This document shows positions 26,563-34,707 of a DNA stretch of 64,000 nucleotides, piece after piece; position 1 is the stretch's first letter; every line of letters starts with the position of its first letter. The stretch is from Candidatus Woykebacteria bacterium RBG_13_40_15 (GTDB taxonomy: Bacteria > Patescibacteriota > Microgenomatia > Woykebacterales > RBG-16-39-9b), in contig MHCP01000025.1 in assembly GCA_001816655.1 (NCBI GenBank), forward strand, positions 78,428 through 142,427. Direction: 5' to 3'. Both the position numbers and the translations under genes were made by a program. Below the pieces are notes generated by a model that did no database searches, was not told the origin of the DNA, and saw only the letters and a program-made list of their open reading frames with translations.

Positions 26563-28182
26563 TTACCTCCTTTCGGGAAAGATTATATCAAAAAGGCCAC
26601 TTTTTATTTGCCACTTATTAATTGAGTTAAATCTATCAGACGGTATTGAAAAGTCTTTGAAATCTATTCCGAAGACTTTTTTCGAAACTACCCAAGTATA
26701 TGTTGGGTAATAAAGAAATATCGCCGGCTCCTCGTCTAAAAGCAGGGTGGTAAACAATTTATAGCGTTCGGCTCTAAATTTTTCATCCGTACTCTTCCTG
26801 GTATCCTCCAAGATTTTATCCAGTTTTGGACTTGAAATACCGGTTATATTTGCGGCCTGTACCTGAGTTGTATGCCAAAGCACATACTGATCTGGGTCAG
26901 ACGAAATATCCTGAAAATTCACTAAAACTTGAAAATTCCTATTTGGCAAAATTACACTCCTAAGGGCGTTGACATCAACAAACTCTGTTTTAACTTTTAA
27001 ACCAAGGTTCGACCAAGAATCTTTAACCAGATTAACAATTGAGTTCAACTCCGGATCGTCAATACTGGTAATTTTCAAAGTAAATTCCCTTCCGTCTTTC
27101 TTCCAGGTATCTTTCTCAAATTTATATTTGTTATTTTCTAAAAGCTCTTTTGCTCTATCTAAGTTGAAGGGGTAGCGTTCCTTTTTTTCGTTAATAGGGG
27201 ACAAAAGCGGTAGTTCATTTTGTGAAATTACTGAAGTCGTTCCACCAGCAGCCTTCCATATCGCTTCTTTATTTAGAGCGTAAGATAAAGCTTGTCTTAT
27301 TTCTTTGGTTTTCAAAGGATTCCCTCTTACATTGAAAAAGATTACAGCTTCCCTATACGGTAGTGGAGACTCATAAAAGTTCTCGCCACCAAAATTTTTT
27401 ATACTTCCAAGCTCCTGGGGGCTTAAGCCTCCTAAAGCATGTATCTCTCCTAATTTGAGGGCTGTTTTCGCATCTGAAATCGTTTTATAAAATTTGAAAA
27501 CTAAATTAAATTTATCGTTTGTTAATACAACTTGGTCTTTCGTGATTTTTTTTACAGAAAAGGGCCCAGTTCCAACCGGCCTGTATTTTTTGAGGGGAAC
27601 ATGTGAAGGAATAATTCCAATCGTCGTTGTATATGGAAAAGGTGCAAACGCTTCTTTTAATTTGAACTTAACTTTGTAGTCGTCAATTTTCTCTATCAGC
27701 ACATCTTTAAAGTTATTCGAGACTGGGCTATTAAAATTTGGGTTTTGGGTTAGCTTCACAGTATACAGCACGTCATCACTGGTAAATTTCACGTTGTCTT
27801 GCCAATACACATCCTTTCTTAAGTTAAACACATACTCTGTGTCGGATGTTTGCTTGAAACTTTCTGCAAGATCAGGAACTAATTTGCCATCTTTTCCTAG
27901 CTTTGTAAGCCCCCTAAAAACTAGGCTGCTAATATCTTTTTGGGTCTCAGTGATATCGGAAAGCGGATTTGGGTGAGTAGGCTTCCCTACTACCCCTTCA
28001 ACAAACGACGGTTTTTTAAATTCCTTGTAGGCTTCGGCTACTTTGGGAATAGCTAGCGGCAGTAAGATCCGAATTGCAAAGATAACTAAAAGCAGTCCAA
28101 TAAAACTATAACTAATTTTTTTCCTGTTTCTGGCAATCAAAACTCGGAGTAACGAAAGATAAAAGCGGATCTTTTTAAGCAT
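26563..28182 (-). CDS. ABC peptide-binding protein (family 5)
   Basis: PDLAES, YVF.LRKDV.W.D...T.DDV and GTGPF motifs. Confidence 0.9.
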   Translation of the reverse strand: MLKKIRFYLSLLRVLIARNRKKISYSFIGLLLVIFAIRILLPLAIPKVAEAYKEFKKPSFVEGVVGKPTHPNPLSDITETQKDISSLVFRGLTKLGKDGKLVPDLAESFKQTSDTEYVFNLRKDVYWQDNVKFTSDDVLYTVKLTQNPNFNSPVSNNFKDVLIEKIDDYKVKFKLKEAFAPFPYTTTIGIIPSHVPLKKYRPVGTGPFSVKKITKDQVVLTNDKFNLVFKFYKTISDAKTALKLGEIHALGGLSPQELGSIKNFGGENFYESPLPYREAVIFFNVRGNPLKTKEIRQALSYALNKEAIWKAAGGTTSVISQNELPLLSPINEKKERYPFNLDRAKELLENNKYKFEKDTWKKDGREFTLKITSIDDPELNSIVNLVKDSWSNLGLKVKTEFVDVNALRSVILPNRNFQVLVNFQDISSDPDQYVLWHTTQVQAANITGISSPKLDKILEDTRKSTDEKFRAERYKLFTTLLLDEEPAIFLYYPTYTWVVSKKVFGIDFKDFSIPSDRFNSINKWQIKSGLFDIIFPERR

Positions 28183-28187
28183 AACAG

Positions 28188-28406
28188 TTACTGGACAAAT
28201 ATTAGTCCAAAGGCAATAGCCGAAAAGAGAATCACGAGAAGTATGGTCAAATAATGCAGAATTTTTTCAAAACCTCGTCTTGTTCTATAAACTTCCGTCC
28301 CCCCGCCAAATATTGCTCCCGCCCCACCACTTCGAGGTTGAAATAAAATAGCAGTAACGATTGAAATTGAAATCCCTATAAGTAAAACGAGTAAAATCGA
28401 TTTCAT
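28188..28406 (-). CDS. secG: preprotein translocase SecG
   Basis: ILFQ...G.GAIFGG...TRRG.EK.L motif. Confidence 0.9.
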   Translation of the reverse strand: MKSILLVLLIGISISIVTAILFQPRSGGAGAIFGGGTEVYRTRRGFEKILHYLTILLVILFSAIAFGLIFVQ

Positions 28407-28450
28407 ACAAGGACCACATTTTACCACAAGGGAAGGGGTGCTGCAAACCG

Positions 28451-28846
28451 CTAAACAAAAAGCCAAAAAAAGAAACTGGCTAGAAAACTCAAAATTATAG
28501 AAGCGGCCAGAGCACTAAAAAACGGTGTGAGTTCAAGTGACGTCTGTATTCCTAGCCAAGTAATTCCAGAAAACTGGAAACCAATTATTTGAAAATTAGG
28601 CACCAGAAGTGCCAGCAAATATAAAACTATTACGTTTACTAGTAAGCTAAATAGACCAAAGGTAAATAGATTAAAGGGAATGGAAAATATCTTTAAAATC
28701 GGGCGCACAAAAAGATATAAAACAATATAGATACCGGTTGCCAAAGCTATAGACTCGGGAGTCTTAAAGGAAAAACCAGGATAAAAAGTAGCTAGGAGAA
28801 AGAAAGCAACCCCGATGAAAACTGCGGATCGTAGTTTTTTCTTCAT
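28451..28846 (-). CDS. phage holin-like / YvlD family membrane protein
   Basis: VRPIL..FSIPFNLFTFGLF..LVN motif. Confidence 0.85.
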   Translation of the reverse strand: MKKKLRSAVFIGVAFFLLATFYPGFSFKTPESIALATGIYIVLYLFVRPILKIFSIPFNLFTFGLFSLLVNVIVLYLLALLVPNFQIIGFQFSGITWLGIQTSLELTPFFSALAASIILSFLASFFFWLFV

Positions 28847-28864
28847 TAATTATAGCTTAACAAA

Positions 28865-30115
28865 CTAATTTTTATCCGTCAAAAACTGCTTCCCTCGCAA
28901 CTTTCTGTGGTAGCTAATAGCGAACCTATGAGCTTCGTCCCTCAATCTTTGAATTAACTTTAAAGCATCGCTATTTCTTGGCAAGATTAGAGGTTTACTT
29001 ATAATAGGTAAATATATCTGTTCAAATTTTTTTGCTAGAGAAATTACCTTACCGCTGAAACCTATCTTTTTAACTACTTTTAAGGTGGTATTTAATTGTG
29101 TTTTCCCCCCATCAACAACAATTAGATCCGGGGTGGGCCATTTGTTTTTAAATCGTCTTTCCAAAACCTCGTCAAGCATTGCTATATCACTTATTCCCCT
29201 TATAGTTTTTATTCTAAATCTGCGATATTCATTCTTGTCAGGCTCACCATTCGTAAAAACAATCATTGATCCGGTAGCTTGCTTTCCAAAAAGATTCGAT
29301 ACATCGTAACTCTCTATACGGACCGGTTTGCTGGCCATTCCAATATTTTTTGCAAGATCCAAAAGTTCCCTGTCATGAATATCACCAATTTCTTCTTCCA
29401 AATACTCGCTAGGATTGCGAGTTGGCCTAGTAATGTAAGAAACAGCTTCTATTTTATTTTTTATCTCCGAAGCTTTTTCATATTCCAACCGTTTCGAGTA
29501 GATTCCAAGCTCCCTATTTAACTTGCTTAAAACTTCCTTTTTCCTCCCTTGAAGAAAAAGTTTAAGCGAGGCAATTGTTTTCTTGTACTCTTTTTCGCTT
29601 ATTTTTCCAACACAAACGCCAGGACAAAGACCCAAGTGGTAACCTAAGCAAGCTCTTTTCATGCCCGGCTTACAATGAATTGAAAAAGGAAATATTTTTC
29701 TTAAGGCTTTCAAGGTCTCACGGACTTTATTTACGGAAGGAAAAGGACCAAAATAAATCTTTGCGTTCCCCAAATCCTTCTTTCTCGCCGTCAAGACTTG
29801 AGGAAATTGATCATTTGTAATTTTTATGTAGAGATAATCCTTATCATCTTTTAACTGAGAATTAAATGCAGGCTTGTATTTTTTTATTAAATTCGCTTCT
29901 AATAGTAAGGCTTCTATTTCTGAGTCAACTAAAATATCTTCAATTTTTTTTGTTTTTTCAATCAATGCTCCTTGCCGGTAGTTTGCGTCTTTCAAATCGA
30001 AATGATTCTTAACCCTCTTCTTAATATTTATTGCCTTACCGATGTAAATCGGCTTACCGCTGCCATCTCTAAAAATGTAGACGCCTGTTTTTTGTGGCAG
30101 TAAATTCAGTTGCAT
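28865..30115 (-). CDS. uvrC: excinuclease ABC subunit C (short form)
   Basis: GVY...IYIGKA, DVSN, DLIVVDGG and RDEAHRFA motifs. Confidence 0.92.
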   Translation of the reverse strand: MQLNLLPQKTGVYIFRDGSGKPIYIGKAINIKKRVKNHFDLKDANYRQGALIEKTKKIEDILVDSEIEALLLEANLIKKYKPAFNSQLKDDKDYLYIKITNDQFPQVLTARKKDLGNAKIYFGPFPSVNKVRETLKALRKIFPFSIHCKPGMKRACLGYHLGLCPGVCVGKISEKEYKKTIASLKLFLQGRKKEVLSKLNRELGIYSKRLEYEKASEIKNKIEAVSYITRPTRNPSEYLEEEIGDIHDRELLDLAKNIGMASKPVRIESYDVSNLFGKQATGSMIVFTNGEPDKNEYRRFRIKTIRGISDIAMLDEVLERRFKNKWPTPDLIVVDGGKTQLNTTLKVVKKIGFSGKVISLAKKFEQIYLPIISKPLILPRNSDALKLIQRLRDEAHRFAISYHRKLRGKQFLTDKN

Positions 30116-30143
30116 GGGGATATTTTAGCACGCACGGACTAAT

Positions 30144-32030
30144 TTACTCGCGGATTTTCAGAAACCTTGGGGCGAGGACACCAAAAACTAGTAGAACGAT
30201 TATCGATATTAGAAAGGCCTGCCGGGGGCCAAAACTGAAAAGTGAGGCAATTTTAATATCATTTTCTTTAGAAATCTCTAAATTTGATCCACCTGCGCTG
30301 CCTTCAAGAACAACTTTGAAAACCGCCTCACTACTCTTAAAAATATCTCCACCACGGGCTTTGATTTTTATTATTTTTTTCTCAAGTGGTAAAAGTACCC
30401 CAACGCTAACCTTTTTATCTCCAAGCAAACTTAATTTTTGCAATTCCAAATTTAATTGGATATCCGTTATAGCCACACCAGATTTATTGTCTAAAACAAC
30501 TTCTAAATCGATTGGAAACCCTGAAACTGGGTGGTTTGTATTTAAAATTACATCTACCTTTGGGTTAAAATTGTAGTTTTTTTCGCTGTAGGAAGATTTA
30601 ATACTTTGATTTGTAATTGAAAAATTTTTAAGATTATCTACCCCTACTACGGAATCAGAGAAAAATAAGGAAAAACGATCCGGCAATATTTTTCCATAGT
30701 AATCCGCTCCTGAAGTATCCCCCCATGTTGGATCGATATCCAACCAGGTTTTCTTTTTTGAGTCGTAAAATTGAGCCCAAACATGTAAATTTTCGCTGCG
30801 GAGCGGCTTTCCCACAAATAGTGGTTTTAGCGAAGCGTCGTTTGAAATAGCAACCCCAAAAACTTCTCTGGTTGGGTAACCCGCGGCCCTAAGAAGCGCA
30901 GTAAGTAAATCAACATAATCGAGGTTTGAAGCGTACATCCCTTTCTGTAAAAGCACCTTCGCACCGGTCCTTTCAATCTTACTACTCTTCCCAGCGTTTG
31001 TATCATACGAAAGGTGACTGATCACGAAATTGTAAATATCTCGCGGGCTTTTTAATTCCTTTGCCTTTTCCTGAATGAGACGATCTTGAACCTGAACAAA
31101 CTCACTTTCCTTTTTAAGGTTGTATAGTTCCTCGGATGAAAAAACCTTTGCGGGATTAAATTGCTTACTTTCTCCAACAACTCTTACAATACCTTCTATA
31201 TTTACTTCTTGATATCGTCCTGGACCAACAGAGTATTGAAAAATATAGTTGCCTAAGCTGTCCATAGTTGTTTTTGTCGGTTTTGGATCGATTTTGTTAA
31301 TTAAAACCTGCTGTTTTTCTGTATCTGGAGGGACTGGAATAAAGAAATTTTTTGTCAGAAATTGTGAGTTTTTCAAAGGAATTTTGAATTTAAAATTAAT
31401 CTGTTGATACGTACCGAAACTAGCCAGAATACCTTGCCCATTAAGTACCTCCTTTCCAAATTCCAAAATTATTTTATCACCCGTCTTGCTCTGTGATTTT
31501 GGGCTCGGTAAAACAGAAAAAACATCTCCCAGGGATGCCGGCGCAGATATAACCAGATTGTAATCTGTAATCTTTTCGCTCGTAACAACCATGGGGGCTA
31601 CAACACTCCAAATAAGACCGTTTTTTTGAACAAAATTTTCGATTGTATAACCCAATTTGAAACTAGCCATCTTTCCAACACCAATTACTTCATCGTTTAG
31701 ATTTGCTGTCAAAACTGTTGAAGAATCTTTATTCTCTGCCTTGACACTAATTGGGCCAATTGAATCCTCGCCAGAAGCGTTCTTAACTTTCGTCGTGTTT
31801 ACAGCGACAGAATATTCTGAAACGAAGCATTCCTTACTTAAGTTTTTTAAATCTACTTTTTGTTCAACAATCACCGATTTGTCAGTTTGAACATCGAACC
31901 TAATGTTGTAGGAACTAGAAAAAAGGTCGGCCGGCCTACTACAGTCTGCAGAAAATGCTTTTGAAAAAAATGGGAAAGCGACGCTAAAAGAAAATACAAA
32001 TATTAAGCAGATAGAAAGAATTCTCTTCAT
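30144..32030 (-). CDS. secreted transglutaminase-like domain protein
   Basis: ALLRAAG.P, HVW and DPTWG; catalytic Cys appears replaced (SNLDY). Confidence 0.8.
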   Translation of the reverse strand: MKRILSICLIFVFSFSVAFPFFSKAFSADCSRPADLFSSSYNIRFDVQTDKSVIVEQKVDLKNLSKECFVSEYSVAVNTTKVKNASGEDSIGPISVKAENKDSSTVLTANLNDEVIGVGKMASFKLGYTIENFVQKNGLIWSVVAPMVVTSEKITDYNLVISAPASLGDVFSVLPSPKSQSKTGDKIILEFGKEVLNGQGILASFGTYQQINFKFKIPLKNSQFLTKNFFIPVPPDTEKQQVLINKIDPKPTKTTMDSLGNYIFQYSVGPGRYQEVNIEGIVRVVGESKQFNPAKVFSSEELYNLKKESEFVQVQDRLIQEKAKELKSPRDIYNFVISHLSYDTNAGKSSKIERTGAKVLLQKGMYASNLDYVDLLTALLRAAGYPTREVFGVAISNDASLKPLFVGKPLRSENLHVWAQFYDSKKKTWLDIDPTWGDTSGADYYGKILPDRFSLFFSDSVVGVDNLKNFSITNQSIKSSYSEKNYNFNPKVDVILNTNHPVSGFPIDLEVVLDNKSGVAITDIQLNLELQKLSLLGDKKVSVGVLLPLEKKIIKIKARGGDIFKSSEAVFKVVLEGSAGGSNLEISKENDIKIASLFSFGPRQAFLISIIVLLVFGVLAPRFLKIRE

Positions 32031-32045
32031 TAAGAAGCCTTCGGA

Positions 32046-32435
32046 CTAATCTTCAACTAGCCAATCCTTAATCTTGTTAGATATACCTTCAGGGGTAAAT
32101 TGGGATTTTATCAGATATTCGTTGGCACCAAGAGTCAATCCTTTTTCTATCAGTTCTTGTTCGTCCAAGTTCGAAAGAATAATCACTGGCGTGTTTTTTG
32201 TCTTTGAAGAAGCTCTAAGCTCTTTAAGCACATCAAACCCGTCCATTCCAGGCATTTTTATATCTAGGAAGATCAGTTCTGGTTGCCCACTAAAAGCTTT
32301 ATCTAAACCGTCCCTACCGTTTTCGGCGATTTTAACATCATAACCATCCAACGAAAGTTTCAATCTGTAAAGTTCGGCTACTTCCCTTTCGTCTTCAATA
32401 AGAAGAATTTTTATTTTTTCTTCTGTTTCTCCCAT
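32046..32435 (-). CDS. single-domain response regulator
   Basis: IEDE, LDIKMPGMDG and K motifs. Confidence 0.95.
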   Translation of the reverse strand: MGETEEKIKILLIEDEREVAELYRLKLSLDGYDVKIAENGRDGLDKAFSGQPELIFLDIKMPGMDGFDVLKELRASSKTKNTPVIILSNLDEQELIEKGLTLGANEYLIKSQFTPEGISNKIKDWLVED

Positions 32436-32462
32436 TGTTTCCTGCCTAGTTTAGCACAAAAG

Positions 32463-34562
32463 CTACTTGTCTGCAATGAGAGGCAACGTAAAAGTAAACT
32501 TACTGCCTTTTTTAAGCTCTGATTCCGCCCATACCTTTCCGTTATGAAATTCAACAAGTGATTTAACAATGAACAGACCAAGTCCAGAACCTTTGTTTTC
32601 TTTTAAGTATGATCCTGTGGCTTGCTGAAACTTTTCAAATACCCGCGGTAGTAATTCTTGGCGAATACCTATCCCTGTATCGGAAATTTCAGTAGTAATT
32701 TCCCCGTCTTTGGCAAAAAATTCTATTTTTACGCGACCACCATCTTTTGTATATTTTATTGCATTATCAATTAAATTGACTAAAACCTGCTTTATTTTAT
32801 CTCTATCTATTAAAACTAGGTCTTGTCTCCCACTAAGTTCGTTATTCACCATTAATTTAATATTTTTTTGCTCGGCAATCGGTTTTAAGTCATTAATAAC
32901 TTCGCTAACCGTCTCTGTAAATTGAACCTTTCTAAAATTAATTTTAAGTCGGCCTTCTTCTATACGAGAAACATTTAATAAATCTTCTACAAGCTTTGTA
33001 AGTCTATTGGTTTCACTGTAGATCTTCTTTGTAACCACCATAAAGCTTTTATTATCAATTTCTCCATCGATCTTTCCAATGTCACCACTTAATAAAAGTG
33101 ATAGGTAGCCATTTATAACTGTTAAGGGAGTTCGCAACTCATGGCTCGCCAGAGAAACGAATTCACTTTTTGCTCGTTCAAGTTCTTTTATCGCCGTAAC
33201 ATCTCTGATCACACCAACTAGTTGATCGACTTTTCCTTTGTCATCGAAAATAGGAGTGTAACTAACTCCAACCCAAACCTCTCGCCCGTCTTTACAAGTG
33301 TGCAGGTGCTCTTCATAAGGAATAGCCTCCCCTGTAACTAATGCTTTAGTAACCGGATTGAATTCTGGATAATGAACGCCTCTTCGATCATGGCAGTCAA
33401 ATACTTCGTAATACGTTTTACCGATCATTTCTTTCTCAAAATAACCGCTCATTAGCTCACTTTTATCGTTGGCTTGGACAATTCTTAAGTTTCTATCAAT
33501 AATGAATATTCCCTCTTCAACATTTTCAAATATCGCCTGCCAGCGGTCTTTTTGTTTTTCAGCTTCAAAAAGCTGTTTTGTGATTTTGACCTCTTGGGTC
33601 TTCATTGTTGTCACATCCCTAAAACTTCCAAGCATACCAATAACTTCTCCAGTTGCTTTTTTAACCGGCACGTAAGTCGCCTCTAAATATCTCGGGGGGT
33701 TGGCGTGTATCTTAATTAAAATGTTAGAAACTTGTTCTCCCGAATAAACAAGTTTTTGGGTTTTCAGCGAATCGTCAAACCGTTCAGTATAATAAGAGAA
33801 GTATTTTTCTCTATTCTGAGCAATTTCCTTCCTAGGAACACCCGTAATATCACGTTTTACCCCAAATAATTTAATAAGGGCTGGATTGTATTGGATGACG
33901 CGCCCCTCCCTATCGTAAAGACCCAAGCCCTCTTTCGTACTTTTGAAAATAGTATCGAGATTTTTCTTCGCTTCCAAAAGTACATTTTCAGCTTTAATAC
34001 GCATCTTGATCTCTTTCTCAAGTAAGTTTCTGCTTTTTCTTATTTTAGCCGTCCTTATCCTAACTTTTTGCTCCAATTCATCGTGTGATTTTATCAATGC
34101 CTCTTCAGCTCTTTTACGAGCGGTAATATCTGATGCTAAGGCTAAAGCTCCTGTGAACTTTCCTTTCTCATTTTTTATTGGGGATGTAGCCAAGCTTGTG
34201 TAAATTCTTTTGCCGTTCCTTCTTATAAACTCAAAATCGTGGCTTTCTTTAATACCTAATTTTCTTCTCTCAAACTTTTTCTTAGCCTCTTTTTTCCATC
34301 TCTCGTCCATAAATTGGAAAAAGGACACACCAACCATTTCCTTTGATTTATACCCCAACATATTCGCCATTTTTTTATTAACGTAGGTAGTTATTCCCGC
34401 AGCATTAATTGTCCAGATACCCTCCTGCGCGTTATCAACAATCTGTTTGTAGTTCTTCTCTAATTCTATCAACCTTTCTTTAATAGGAACATCTTTAACC
34501 GTTTTCAATCTGCGTGAGGACTTAGTTTTATTCTTTTTATTTGGGTGGTCTGTACGAAACAT
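32463..34562 (-). CDS. multi-PAS sensor histidine kinase
   Basis: 3 PAS domains; SHELRTPL; N, G1 and G2 boxes. Confidence 0.95.
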   Translation of the reverse strand: MFRTDHPNKKNKTKSSRRLKTVKDVPIKERLIELEKNYKQIVDNAQEGIWTINAAGITTYVNKKMANMLGYKSKEMVGVSFFQFMDERWKKEAKKKFERRKLGIKESHDFEFIRRNGKRIYTSLATSPIKNEKGKFTGALALASDITARKRAEEALIKSHDELEQKVRIRTAKIRKSRNLLEKEIKMRIKAENVLLEAKKNLDTIFKSTKEGLGLYDREGRVIQYNPALIKLFGVKRDITGVPRKEIAQNREKYFSYYTERFDDSLKTQKLVYSGEQVSNILIKIHANPPRYLEATYVPVKKATGEVIGMLGSFRDVTTMKTQEVKITKQLFEAEKQKDRWQAIFENVEEGIFIIDRNLRIVQANDKSELMSGYFEKEMIGKTYYEVFDCHDRRGVHYPEFNPVTKALVTGEAIPYEEHLHTCKDGREVWVGVSYTPIFDDKGKVDQLVGVIRDVTAIKELERAKSEFVSLASHELRTPLTVINGYLSLLLSGDIGKIDGEIDNKSFMVVTKKIYSETNRLTKLVEDLLNVSRIEEGRLKINFRKVQFTETVSEVINDLKPIAEQKNIKLMVNNELSGRQDLVLIDRDKIKQVLVNLIDNAIKYTKDGGRVKIEFFAKDGEITTEISDTGIGIRQELLPRVFEKFQQATGSYLKENKGSGLGLFIVKSLVEFHNGKVWAESELKKGSKFTFTLPLIADK

Positions 34563-34618
34563 ACAAGCGTCTATATAACTAATTTTAACAATAAGACTAT
34601 AAAGAAGATGTTTTAAAA

Positions 34619-34692
34619 AATCAAGACCCTAATCGAGTCTTGTTGTTTCACAATCAAGACCCTAATCGAGTCTTGTTGTTCAAATAATCAAG
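34619..34692. repeat. tandem ~32-bp repeat (2 copies plus a partial)
   Basis: AATCAAGACCCTAATCGAGTCTTGTTGTT twice; internal CAAGAC/GTCTTG hairpin. Confidence 0.9.
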
Positions 34693-34707
34693 AGGAAATT
34701 TTGATCC

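Noticed and set aside
28451-28846. Holin-family gene as prophage evidence
   Set aside because: It is a YvlD-type membrane protein among housekeeping genes with no phage genes nearby.
28865-30115. Short UvrC as a pseudogene
   Set aside because: Both nuclease domains are intact and the frame is open; it looks like a compact variant.
34619-34692. Hairpin-containing ~30-bp repeat as a mini-CRISPR
   Set aside because: The copies are separated by only 3-4 nt, so there are no spacers, and no cas genes are present; it is a tandem duplication.
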